Below, piece by piece: positions 9,910 through 19,455 of a stretch of DNA of 64,000 bases. Origin of the DNA: an uncultured Methanoregulaceae archaeon (GTDB taxonomy: Archaea; Halobacteriota; Methanomicrobia; Methanomicrobiales; Methanospirillaceae). A program made the position numbers and the translations under genes. The notes beneath the pieces are model-generated. The model was not told where the DNA came from. It ran no database searches and worked only from the letters and a program-made list of their open reading frames with translations. The first letter of the stretch is position 1; each line of letters opens with the position of its first letter. Location of the stretch: positions 2,048,001 through 2,112,000 of the forward strand of contig OY970061.1 of the NCBI GenBank assembly GCA_963705255.1, given 5' to 3'.

Positions 9910-10260
9910 CGCGTAACGAAATCCCCATTCGTGGACAGCCGGGGGTTGTCCCGAAAAGAAATGATGGGTTCACCAGGCGACGAACTTCGTTGAACCCGGT
10001 CCGCCCGCAGGCATGTGATCATTATCGTACATTCTTATGAGGATTTTCCCGTGCCCGGGTTGACAGCAAGGGAAGTGATAGCATAGACTCCACATACGGA
10101 AAGCAGAACAAAATGGCGGTATCCGGCAGGATACCGTCCTGGTTAACGAAGGAGAGCGGCCACTTACACCTTACCGGGGATGTACTCCGGGGGCAGGGAT
10201 TCCCGGCAGGGGTATCCGGTCAGCCTGCAGGAAAAAACCGGAAGCGGAGGCGGGCACAGG

Positions 10261-10530
10261 ATGCCGAAGAGTAAATCCGTGACTGAAGGCGGTATTCCGC
10301 TCTATCTCCTGCCTCAGGCAATCGCACGGCAGATCACCAGGATCGGCAACTCAGTGTACCGCATCAGCGTGAAACGGACGCACTGGCATTATTACAACAT
10401 ATCCGTCAGGACAAAATCCCTGCCAAAGGAGCTTGCCCCGGCACGGGTTATCCAACGTGCTTCCCCGCAGGAGAGGGAACCGGACAATCATTATCCTGTC
10501 ATCCAGGAGGATAAACGGTGTACGGTATGA
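10261..10530 (+). CDS. Basic hypothetical protein (89 aa)
   Basis: ATG ORF whose stop overlaps the next start (ATGA). Confidence 0.6.
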   Translation: MPKSKSVTEGGIPLYLLPQAIARQITRIGNSVYRISVKRTHWHYYNISVRTKSLPKELAPARVIQRASPQEREPDNHYPVIQEDKRCTV

Positions 10531-10916
10531 GCCGGGGACCACACCCGGGAAGGACGCTCGCCGTTGCCATCCCGATCGCAGAAATGCGGGGGACTGTCCA
10601 TATCGTCCGGCAGGCCCGCGGGAGCCTGTATGATTTCGTGATCTCGACTGCGGTCCCGGTCGCGTTTGTCCGCGTGAAGTATACGGACTGGATTCTCATG
10701 ACGCTCCCGGAGGCAGAAGCATACTACCGTGATGTGATCAATGGCCTCCGTGCCATTGCATCAACAGAGAATGTTTCGCGTGAACTCTGGCTGCGTTCCC
10801 GGCATGGGACCTGGCGGTTCTTCCGGGTTGGCGAGAACGGTCCCGTTGAGCTCTCACGGAACGGCATGGTATTCAATACACCCGGTAAGGAAAAAGTCAA
10901 ATCTCGTCAGGTATAG
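10527..10916 (+). CDS. Hjc-like PD-(D/E)XK-fold protein with an atypical active site
   Basis: IVRQARGS-LYD(36)FVI...FVR(49)VK(51)...GTWRFFRV pattern parallels archaeal Holliday junction resolvase motifs. Confidence 0.55.
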   Translation: MSRGPHPGRTLAVAIPIAEMRGTVHIVRQARGSLYDFVISTAVPVAFVRVKYTDWILMTLPEAEAYYRDVINGLRAIASTENVSRELWLRSRHGTWRFFRVGENGPVELSRNGMVFNTPGKEKVKSRQV

Positions 10917-11344
10917 GGAAGTGAGGAAGAAGGGATCTCCCCTCTTTTACCTCTCTTCTGATGGGGGGGATCCTGATCCTCTTTTGGGGGCACCTCCCAA
11001 ATCTCCCCTATACGGGCTCCGATTGGCCATTTTTCCGGATCCAGAGGAGGTATTTCGTCAAAATGAGACATTATTTCGCTAAGATTTGCTCATTTTCACG
11101 TCAGTAATCCAGAGACGCTATTTGGGTGTATTTGGAAGGCGAAAAACAGCTTGGATCGGCCTTCAGGCCAGGAGCGCCGGGAGGATGGTTAATGGGGCTT
11201 TTCAATTACGATCCCATTTTTGCGAAACCCTCCGGCAGATTTCCTGCCACGGATTATCTCCAAATGCCAGCAAAACCCTCCGTTTTGCCCTCTGAAAATT
11301 TATTCAGCCAAGCCCATCTGCTCATAAAACCCATACTGATATGT

Positions 11345-11515
11345 CCAAAGGAGTTCTGCAGAACCCCGTGGACGAGAAGAATGACGAAGTCATTCTTCAC
11401 TGTCAAAGGGGCCCTGGAGACACCAAAAGAAAACGAGGTTCGGTGAACCTTCGAGAGGTCGAAGAAATGTTTCACATTTCTTCTCCTCTTCGAGGTTCGA
11501 ATCGAACCTCTCAGA
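11345..11515. repeat. Modular hairpin repeat, copy B (leader of 11538 gene)
   Basis: GAAGAATGAC-gaa-GTCATTCTTC, GAAGAAATGT-ttc-ACATTTCTTC, GAGGTTCG-aat-CGAACCTC; 11479-11500 is the exact reverse complement of 23858-23879. Confidence 0.85.
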
Positions 11516-11537
11516 AACAAAAGGAGGAACCAAAAAC

Positions 11538-12041
11538 ATGGCAGATTTCGTACAGAAAACAACCGTAAAGACAGCGGTTCGCATCCTCGCGAACCCGATA
11601 GCAGACGCAGCGGCGTTCAACACGATCGTCCAGTCGGTCATCACGACCAACCCGTTTGCATGCACAGCCTATGAGACCGCCGGCGTCAGCCACCAGCCGG
11701 TAGAGAAGACCAAGGAGTCCTACGTGGCGAAGATCGTGTACCAGGATTCCGACGCGAAGACCGTCGGGACCGACTCCGGCAGGTTCAGCTCCATCGCCGG
11801 GTTCAATGCCGGCGCCACGGCACTCCTCGGGAATGCAGCCCTCACCGCAGCCCACGGGGGCACCCCGGCCCGGGACACGGCACACGAGACCTACTCGGCA
11901 ACCCTGAAGTGTCACGACGCGAACGGGGAGATCTACATGGTCACATTCGGCCGGCAGAGTGTGAGCCTCACCTCGTACTCGGACGATGCGATCCGGACCA
12001 AGGTCGATACCTGGGCCGACTCGGTGGGGGCCCTGGCATAA
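11538..12041 (+). CDS. Uncharacterised 167-aa Ala/Thr-rich protein with an internal duplication
   Basis: Strong AAGGAGG RBS, host-like codon usage, two similar halves (AAAFN..ESYVAKIVYQD / AGFN..ETYSATLKCHD). Confidence 0.85.
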   Translation: MADFVQKTTVKTAVRILANPIADAAAFNTIVQSVITTNPFACTAYETAGVSHQPVEKTKESYVAKIVYQDSDAKTVGTDSGRFSSIAGFNAGATALLGNAALTAAHGGTPARDTAHETYSATLKCHDANGEIYMVTFGRQSVSLTSYSDDAIRTKVDTWADSVGALA

Positions 12042-12064
12042 CGTGTTCTGGGCGTGAAGTCGCC

Positions 12065-12094
12065 AAAGGGGGTGACCAGCGGTCACCTCCCTTT
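12065..12094 (+). terminator. Intercistronic hairpin (attenuator or RNA-stabilising element)
   Basis: AAAGGGGGTGACC-agc-GGTCACCTCCCTTT just after the 12041 stop. Confidence 0.5.
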
Positions 12095-12127
12095 CTGGCC
12101 CGTCCATCCTATCACGGAGGCAAAACC

Positions 12128-12292
12128 ATGGAAACTGAAATTCTGGGATTGCTGCTCGGGGCCGTCCTCCCGCTCTATCCCCTGCTGTTCGCCATCTACC
12201 AGAAGACCGGCAGGTATGACGAGATCGTCGAGGAGTTCAAAAGACTCCGGGACGAGCACGAGCATTACCGGGAGGCGCATCATGGGGGATGA
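12128..12292 (+). CDS. Small membrane-anchored protein (54 aa; TM plus charged helix)
   Basis: GGAGG RBS; METEILGLLLGAVLPLYPLLFAIY followed by a coiled-coil-like tail; overlaps the next gene. Confidence 0.7.
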   Translation: METEILGLLLGAVLPLYPLLFAIYQKTGRYDEIVEEFKRLRDEHEHYREAHHGG

Positions 12293-12746
12293 GATCGCAC
12301 CGGTCGCAACCGTGACCGGCCTGTACCGGGGCACCTTCAGCGGCCTCGAACCGCTCACGAAGGACACCCCGCTCACGCTCGACGAGGTTCGGCGCAACCC
12401 GGTTTTCTACGAGCTGGAACTGCACCCGGAGCAAGAGAAGGCGAACCTGATCATCGATGTGATCTATGACAACATGTCGCCGCTGCGGCTGCAGGACCTG
12501 ATGCGGGGAACGGATCTCCCGCGGGGCGTCCGGTTCTGGCCGGACTGGTTCGAGATCCCGCCCTACCGGGAGATGCGCGATATTGACGGCCGCAGGGTCT
12601 ACCCGCGCTCGCCGGGCATCCACACGGTCCGTATCCGGACCGCGAAGCGGAAACTGGGAAATGTCCGGGACTTCAGCCCGGCAAACGGCGGGTACACGAG
12701 TCCGGTGTTTGAGATTACCATAGTCGCGGACAGGAACAACGTTTGA
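12282..12746 (+). CDS. Uncharacterised 154-aa beta/Pro-rich protein
   Basis: GGAGG RBS before ATG 12282, host-like codon usage. Confidence 0.75.
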   Translation: MGDEIAPVATVTGLYRGTFSGLEPLTKDTPLTLDEVRRNPVFYELELHPEQEKANLIIDVIYDNMSPLRLQDLMRGTDLPRGVRFWPDWFEIPPYREMRDIDGRRVYPRSPGIHTVRIRTAKRKLGNVRDFSPANGGYTSPVFEITIVADRNNV

Positions 12747-12870
12747 GAATGTTGAGGGTCATCAGACCCGAAACAGGAGAATGTCGAGAGTCATCAGATT
12801 TGAGACATGAGAAGACCGAAGGTCTTCGAATGAACGAAGTTCTTCGACTGAATTGAAAGTCATCACATCC
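12745..12870. repeat. Modular hairpin repeat, copy C (inverted relative to copy A)
   Basis: Three colinear blocks match the reverse complement of copy A at 21/22, 30/34 and 23/24 nt. Confidence 0.85.
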
Positions 12871-13021
12871 GGGCAACCCTCTTCAGGAGGGAGGACGATG
12901 TTTGAGAACGAGCTGCAGGCCCCGGCCGCCGTCTGCGGTTCCAGGCTCCTGCCCGGGATTATTTTTTTCACCTGCCGCTCCGCGATGACTGGTTCGGGAC
13001 TTTGACGGGATCAAACCCACC

Positions 13022-14185
13022 CTACTCCGTCGCCACCTTCACGCACTCCTCGATCGTCCCGATCCGGGCCACCGCAGCACACATGTCCGGGACGTACGCG
13101 AGCGCCTTGCCGCTGTTCACCATGATCGCCTCGTACTGCTCCATGACCGGTGAGACCACCATGCAGGTGTCCGCAAAGACCCGGGCCCCGCTCTTCTCGA
13201 TAGAGTCGGCAACCCGCTGGCTGGCCTCGATGACGCCCTGCGCAGCAAAGACGTAGAGCGGCATCGTGACCAGTTTTCCCTTCAGGAGCCGGGCGATCTC
13301 TTCCAGTTCTTCAGGGGAGCAGTGGGGGCACCCGACCGCGACCGCATCGACCGGGATCTCTTTGAACAGGTGCCGGATCTCACCGGATTCCACGGCGATA
13401 GTCTCAAGGCCGGTGAGATCGAAGGGCACCTTCACCGCCTCGGGCGTGATGCCCTCCACATGGTAGAGCGCCACGGCCCCGGTCGCCGCCATCGCCGCCC
13501 CGAGGGCCTTGAGCTGGTCGCGGTCCGGGTTTATCCCTGAGAAGAACGGGATGCGATTGCCTGCCAGTTTTCCCGCATGGTAGCCAAGCGCCCCGAAATG
13601 TGCGATGGACCAGTCACGGGTATCGGCCTGCACCCGGATGACCAGCTGCGGCTTCCGGTTTTTTGCAAGGTGAAGGCCGTAGCAGGGGGTCTTCCCGACC
13701 AGTGCGGCGGCAAGGGCGCCGGGGCCCCCTTCCCGGTTCGTCCGGGCACCGATGACCGAGTTCGCGTAGCTGACCGCGGACGACTCCGACCATGCGAGGT
13801 GGTCGCCAAAGCTCGTCTCGTGCAGGTAGTAGGGCGTGCAGGTGCATTCGAGGCCGATGCCGAGCCGCTCGTAGGCAGCGACCACGGCCTGCTGCTTCTG
13901 CGCAAAGTCCTCGTCCACGCCCATCTCCTGCCAGCGCCCGCGGGGCATCCCTATCGGGTTCAGCACGGCCGGGACCACGGCTTTTGCGTCGAGCGAGTTG
14001 AGCCACTGGAGGCCGTACTCGCCGATCGTCTTGTAGGACGCGCCGCTCACCTGTGCGCTCCGGATCCTGACCAGCCGTTCCGCACCGAAGACCTTCCCCA
14101 GCGCGACGAGGAGCTCCAGCATCCTCTGCCGGGTCTCGCCCTCTTCTCCGGCAAGGACCCGTTCGTCCTCAGGTTCGAGCTGCAT
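13022..14185 (-). CDS. Aconitase X large subunit (probable phosphomevalonate dehydratase large subunit)
   Basis: SGASYKTIG, CTCTPY, AWSESSA, GARTNREG and GCPHCS motifs; adjacent to ubiD/ubiX. Confidence 0.88.
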   Translation of the reverse strand: MQLEPEDERVLAGEEGETRQRMLELLVALGKVFGAERLVRIRSAQVSGASYKTIGEYGLQWLNSLDAKAVVPAVLNPIGMPRGRWQEMGVDEDFAQKQQAVVAAYERLGIGLECTCTPYYLHETSFGDHLAWSESSAVSYANSVIGARTNREGGPGALAAALVGKTPCYGLHLAKNRKPQLVIRVQADTRDWSIAHFGALGYHAGKLAGNRIPFFSGINPDRDQLKALGAAMAATGAVALYHVEGITPEAVKVPFDLTGLETIAVESGEIRHLFKEIPVDAVAVGCPHCSPEELEEIARLLKGKLVTMPLYVFAAQGVIEASQRVADSIEKSGARVFADTCMVVSPVMEQYEAIMVNSGKALAYVPDMCAAVARIGTIEECVKVATE

Positions 14186-14189
14186 CGGT

Positions 14190-15424
14190 TCACCACGTCG
14201 CACGGGAGAATTCGTCCTCGCGCCCGAGCACCATCGTTGCGTCGATCCCGACCTTGACGTTCGTGCCGTCCTCCAGCTGGCAGGGGTCGAGGGACGACCC
14301 TCTCACGCCGGTGATCACCATGATGTCCCGGTCGCCGCTGACCCGGGTCGCGACCGCGTACTCCACGTCGTTGGGGTCGCAGGGGTCGATGTCCTCGTCA
14401 ACGACAACGACGTGCTTGAGCGAGGTGTGGGCGGCGAATGCGGCCATGATCGCGTTCTTTGCATCGCCCTGCGTGCTCTTTTTGATCTGGATCACCGCGT
14501 GGAGGTAGCCGCAGCCCCCCTTGGTCAGGACCACGTTTCTCACTTCGGTAACCCCGGCCACTGCGCGGTAGATCTTCGGTTCATACGGGCAACCCATCAG
14601 CACTTTATGCTCGTCTCCCCCGGGCAGGATACCATGATAGATGAAGTCCGTTTTCGTGTGCATACCGCTGAACTCGATGACGGGCTGGCGCCGGACAGGA
14701 TCGTAGGTCCCGGTGATATCGACAAACGGCCCTTCGTCCGTGAGATCGGGGCCGATGAACCCTTCGAGCACGATCTCCGCATCGGGCACAAGCACCCCGT
14801 TGCTGCACTTCCGTACCGGATTTCGCCGCCGAGAAGTTCTGCTGCATACCCGAGCTCCATGCCGGTCGGCACCCGGGTGCAGCTCGCAAACGTGACTGCC
14901 GGGTGGGTCCCGATGGTCACAGCGATGGGCAGTTTCCCGCCTTCCGCGAGCGCTTTTTTGAGCATCACGTGCGTGTGCCGCCCCTCGACAAGCCGGGCCG
15001 CCACCCGGTGGTCGTCGAGCACCAGCATCCGGTGGATCGAAGCGTTCTCCACGCCGTCGAACCGCGAGAAGACGATAGCCGAAGTGAGGTACTTCCCTGC
15101 GTCTTTCGGGAAGTGGTGCATGATCGGCAGGCGGGAGAGGTCGGGTTTTTTCATCGGCAGGGTGCCGTCCTGCACCACCTTCCCGTCAAATTTTGCATCG
15201 GCAAGGGTCTTCACGATCTGTCTCTCGTCGATGCCGAGGGCAACGGAGAGCGAGGCCCGGCTCGCGGTGAGGTTCATGACCGCCCGCCCCCCGCCGATGT
15301 TGTGGAAGAACAGGAGCTTGTCGGTGGTGGCTGCCATCTTCGGGGCCTGCATCTCTGCCGAGACCGGCTCGTCGATATCGATGACCAGGTCCCGCTTTCG
15401 CATCTTCTCTATGAATTCACGCAT
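14190..15424 (-). CDS. UbiD-family decarboxylase (probable anhydromevalonate phosphate decarboxylase); frameshift near 14815
   Basis: [21 protein letters not shown] and VVVVDEDID motifs split over two ORFs. Confidence 0.88.
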
Positions 15425-15971
15425 CGTAACCATTCCAGCGTTTTATGAGGTCGTGCTCCACCCCGAGATGGTCGAGCACGCGCGCGACGACCATGTCCAC
15501 AAGGTCGTCGATGGTCTTCGGGTTGTGGTAGAATGCCGGGCAGGCGGGCATGATCGTTGCGCCGGCGTCCCCGGCGGCCAGCATGTTCTTCAGGTGGATC
15601 TTCGAGAGCGGGGTCTCGCGGGTGACAAGGATGCACTTCCGGTGCTCCTTGAGGCAGACATCGGCAGTGCGGGTGATCAGGTTGTCGGCGTAGCCGGCTG
15701 CGATTGCGGCAAGCGTCTTCTGGCTGCACGGGATCACCACGAGGCCGTCAAACCGGTGGGAGCCGCTTGCGATGGGTGCGGCGATCTTATCAATATCATG
15801 GTAGACCGCATCGAAACCTTCGAATGAGACCCCTTCGTGGCTGGCAATCTGTTGTGCCACGTCCGACACGATGATGTGTACCGTTGCGTCCCTGCAGAGC
15901 ACCTCCAGCAGGCGCCGGGCATAGCAGGCCCCGCTCGCGCCCGTCACTCCGACTGCAAACTCTCTCTTCAT
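15417..15971 (-). CDS. ubiX: Flavin prenyltransferase UbiX
   Basis: GVTGASG, APIASGS, RETPL and PAFY motifs. Confidence 0.93.
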   Translation of the reverse strand: MKREFAVGVTGASGACYARRLLEVLCRDATVHIIVSDVAQQIASHEGVSFEGFDAVYHDIDKIAAPIASGSHRFDGLVVIPCSQKTLAAIAAGYADNLITRTADVCLKEHRKCILVTRETPLSKIHLKNMLAAGDAGATIMPACPAFYHNPKTIDDLVDMVVARVLDHLGVEHDLIKRWNGYDA

Positions 15972-16055
15972 GGTTGCGTTCCGCTCTCCTGTGATACCAA
16001 TGTCGGGTTTATGACAAAAAGAGTTTATGCCGGGATCCGCCCGCCCGGGCCCTTG

Positions 16056-16502
16056 TTACCGGGTTTTGGGCGGGGCGAAGAAGCGGTACCTGACCTGGGC
16101 CTCCTCGACCTTCCGGGCATGGGACGGGTTGAGGTCGCGGCGCGCCTCGATGACCAGGGTGTTGAGGATGTTGTGGAGGCGGAGCGTGTCGTATTCCTTG
16201 TCCTTGTGTTCATTGAGGAAATCCAGCAGGTCGTTGGTGCTCCTCAGGACCCCGCCACTCCCCACGAGGTTCAAGCGGTTGAGCGTCAGGGCAAGGTTCT
16301 TCTTTGCGATGTCCATCTTGTACGGGTCGCCACCGGCAAGGTTCAGCTCGGTGATAGCATTGAGCAGGTCCGTATACACCCTGAGCTTGTGGGTGCTCTC
16401 GTGCATCCGCCGTTCTGCGCTGCGCAGCTTCAGGAAGGCGATGGCGATGACTATCACTACAGCCACTGCGCAGCAGGCCGCTACAATCCAGTCTTCGATC
16501 AT
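16056..16502 (-). CDS. Membrane-anchored hypothetical protein
   Basis: N-terminal TM helix followed by a helical domain. Confidence 0.7.
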   Translation of the reverse strand: MIEDWIVAACCAVAVVIVIAIAFLKLRSAERRMHESTHKLRVYTDLLNAITELNLAGGDPYKMDIAKKNLALTLNRLNLVGSGGVLRSTNDLLDFLNEHKDKEYDTLRLHNILNTLVIEARRDLNPSHARKVEEAQVRYRFFAPPKTR

Positions 16503-16534
16503 ATTCCTTTCACCATTTTTCCATCATAGAGAGA

Positions 16535-17013
16535 TTACGGGTTCCGCCTGGCAATAATGACATCGACACTCACACGGTTGCCCTTCAGATCAAACCGGTA
16601 GGGGCCTTCATTGTACATGGGGTGCTGCTGGTATTTGTCCAGAGGGTAACCGCGGCCATAGCCAAAGGTCTCCGACCGGCGGAATCTATGTTGGTTGCCG
16701 TGATCTCGAACCAGGTATACTGGGGATCGGGATTTGTCGGGTTCACGGTAAAATCAATTGCCCACGGATCGTTCGTAACATGGAACTGCTCCGAAAATGT
16801 TTCGCTCTCACTGGTAAATGAATATTTTTTATGGAGATACTCCTGCCCCAGCGTAAATGAGAACTGAGGGACTGCGGTTGTCGTGACCGGCGCTGCGGTC
16901 ATGGCCGGAGTCGTCGCAGCCGGCGGTAACTGGGCCGGTGGAGCAGTACATCCGGCAAGGATCGCTCCGGCACCGATGAGCAGGAGTATGGCAATGACAC
17001 GGTCTCTCATCAT
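16535..17013 (-). CDS. Lipoprotein-like secreted protein (frameshift near 16680)
   Basis: LAGC lipobox, P/T-rich linker; continues in another frame as ...ETFGYGRGY...GNRVSVDV to the stop at 16535. Confidence 0.7.
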
Positions 17014-17117
17014 GGGGAATGTTTGGGAACCGTGCTATATTATTTTTTATTTGTGGAATGGTGTCATTTCCGCTGGACTTCAGCGATGGAATCCCTGCCA
17101 GGCCGGCATGTGCCGGA

Positions 17118-18314
17118 TCAAAAAAGGGTGTCCTGGCGGGTGGGTTTCCTGATATGCAGGACCTCGCACCCTGCCTCGGCGACTCTTTCCCGGAACTCAG
17201 GGAGCGTATAGATGCCGAGGCGCCACTGTTCCCGCCGGGTTGCATTGAACGTCCGTATCCGGGGCGAGATCTCCTCGAAACTGACCACGGTATGCCGGTT
17301 TTTCACCCGCACGCCCAGCGACAACTCACTGGGGATGGAAGGGATGTCCACGAGTACTTCATGAGGGCTGATACCTGCGCAGTCCGCGATCTGCCGGGCG
17401 AATTCGCGGCATCTCTCGATGGCGATCCCGTCCTGGAACGGTACCGCATTGACCTGCCCGCTCCCCACGTAGAGTGCCCGTTTGTACAGCCGCCGCTCGT
17501 ACAGGCGGCGCGAAAGGTCCCTGGCAACAGGGCTTGCCGATGTGCGCAGGGCCTGGAGGCAGGTGGGGTCATCCATGCTGAGGAGGGACTCCGGTGTTAC
17601 CCGGGTCTCCCGCAGGTGTTCCAGCACCGCCAGCTGGAACATGCTCTCGCCGATACGACTCACGTGGTGGTAATAGACCGAGGGGCGCATGAGCGTGCGG
17701 GCGATCAGGAGGGATTCGGCTGCGTTCACCCCATTCTCGTCCAGCACCGTTCCTTCCGGCGTGTGGATCAGGTACCGGATCAGGCGCTGGGCATCCACCG
17801 TCCCGTACGGGGCCCCGGTATAATAAGCATCCCGGAGCAGGTAGTCCATCCGGTCGACATCGAGATCACCATGGATGATCCCCGAGAGGGGATGGTTTCC
17901 TTTTATGACCGTGCAGAGCTCGTCCGGTTGTATCCCTGACTTCCTGAGCAGGTCTCCCACCTGGTCTTCGACGATTGCCTCGATGTCGTCGTGGGTGCGG
18001 TGGAGGAACTCCTCCATCAGCGGCTCGCTCGCGTGCGAGAACGGCCCGTGCCCGATATCGTGGAGGAGGGCCGCGGCCGTGACAAGGGTCCGCTCGTCTT
18101 CCGGAAGCCCGAACCTCCTGCCTGCCACATCGGCGAGGAACATGGTCCCGAGCGAGTGCTCGAAGCGCGTATGGTTGGCGCCGGGGTAGACCAGATAGGA
18201 AAAACCGAGCTGCTTGATGTAGCGGAGGCGCTGCAGCGCCGTGGAATCGAGCAGGGCGAGCGCGAAATCCTCCACCTCCACGTAGCCATGGACCGGGTCC
18301 TTGATGATCTTCAC
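17118..18314 (-). CDS. HD-domain phosphohydrolase (dNTP triphosphohydrolase-like)
   Basis: IKDPVHG, HTRFEHSLG, LLHDIGHGPFSH and DVDRMDYL motifs; start approximate. Confidence 0.9.
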   Translation of the reverse strand: MKIIKDPVHGYVEVEDFALALLDSTALQRLRYIKQLGFSYLVYPGANHTRFEHSLGTMFLADVAGRRFGLPEDERTLVTAAALLHDIGHGPFSHASEPLMEEFLHRTHDDIEAIVEDQVGDLLRKSGIQPDELCTVIKGNHPLSGIIHGDLDVDRMDYLLRDAYYTGAPYGTVDAQRLIRYLIHTPEGTVLDENGVNAAESLLIARTLMRPSVYYHHVSRIGESMFQLAVLEHLRETRVTPESLLSMDDPTCLQALRTSASPVARDLSRRLYERRLYKRALYVGSGQVNAVPFQDGIAIERCREFARQIADCAGISPHEVLVDIPSIPSELSLGVRVKNRHTVVSFEEISPRIRTFNATRREQWRLGIYTLPEFRERVAEAGCEVLHIRKPTRQDTLF

Positions 18315-18362
18315 AGACTCACTAAAAGAATCTTCATATACATCGCATAAAAGTATTGAGTA

Positions 18363-19265
18363 ATGATAACGTTCCTTTCTGGCGGGACCGGCACCCCGAA
18401 GCTCCTCCGGGGCATGCAGAAGGTCATGGACCGGCACGAGATCTCGGTCGTTGTCAATACTGCCGAAGACATCTGGATATCGGGAAACCACATCTCTCCT
18501 GACCTTGACACGGTCATGTACCTGTTCGCCGGTATTCTCAACACGGAGACCTGGTGGGGTGTCCGGAGCGATACCTTTACCACCCACGAAGAGGCCACCC
18601 GCCTCGGGGCCGATGAGTTCATCGCCATCGGCGACAGGGACCGTGCGGTCCACATCGCCCGCGGCGGGATGATGCGCAACGGCATGCGCCTCACCAATGT
18701 GACAAAGATCCTCTGCGAGCGGTTCGGCGTCCGGGAGAACGTCCTCCCCATGACCGATACCGAAGTGACGACCCAGGTCAAGACCGATCTCGGCCTGATC
18801 CATTTCCAGGAGTACTGGGTGAGGGCGAAAGGCAGGATCGGGATTGAGGAAGTCCTGCGCACGTACAACGAACCCCCGGTGGCCACGGAAGAAGTGCTCC
18901 TGGCTGTTGCGGCCAGTGACGCCGTTGTCATCGGTCCCTCCAACCCCATCACCAGTATCCTGCCGATCCTCTCGTGCGAAGGGATGAAGCAGGCACTCGG
19001 GGGAAAACCTGTCATCGCCGTCAGCCCGTTTATCGGCAACGCACCGGTCAGCGGCCCGGCAGGAGTGCTTATGGAGGCCTCGGGATTTGAACCGAGTTCG
19101 ATGGGCACCTTCAACTGCTACGAAGGGATCACCGATATCTTCGTACAGGATATCCGCGACCCGGTGCAGGTGAGGGACTCGGTACGGTTTGACACCCTGA
19201 TGACGGATGAAGAGAAGAGCATCGCCCTGGCACACGATATTCTGGAGCTGGTCCGGAAATGCTGA
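18363..19265 (+). CDS. cofD: 2-phospho-L-lactate transferase (F420 biosynthesis)
   Basis: [34 protein letters not shown] and [10 protein letters not shown] motifs. Confidence 0.95.
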   Translation: MITFLSGGTGTPKLLRGMQKVMDRHEISVVVNTAEDIWISGNHISPDLDTVMYLFAGILNTETWWGVRSDTFTTHEEATRLGADEFIAIGDRDRAVHIARGGMMRNGMRLTNVTKILCERFGVRENVLPMTDTEVTTQVKTDLGLIHFQEYWVRAKGRIGIEEVLRTYNEPPVATEEVLLAVAASDAVVIGPSNPITSILPILSCEGMKQALGGKPVIAVSPFIGNAPVSGPAGVLMEASGFEPSSMGTFNCYEGITDIFVQDIRDPVQVRDSVRFDTLMTDEEKSIALAHDILELVRKC

Positions 19266-19455
19266 CCCATTCCTGTTACAATCGATGTATCCACCCGGGT
19301 GTTGAAAAAAATCCCGTGAAATTCGCACGATCCCGTCACCAGCACGGTAAAACCCGCAGAGGACCTTCAACCACGTTACAATCGACCACATGAAAAAATT
19401 AAAAAAGTATTTCAGGGTTCAATCCAGATATCCAGTCGATGATGTAGGAGTGGAG

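Noticed and set aside
7605-12800. CTGATGA motifs in repeat copies A and C as hammerhead ribozyme cores or C/D-box sRNAs
   Set aside because: No correctly placed GAAA with stems II/III, and no C/D'/C'/D spacing with guide regions.
17118-19391. 757-aa ORF as an N-terminally extended HD protein
   Set aside because: The extension is the antisense shadow of cofD; the HD family N-terminus begins near 18314.
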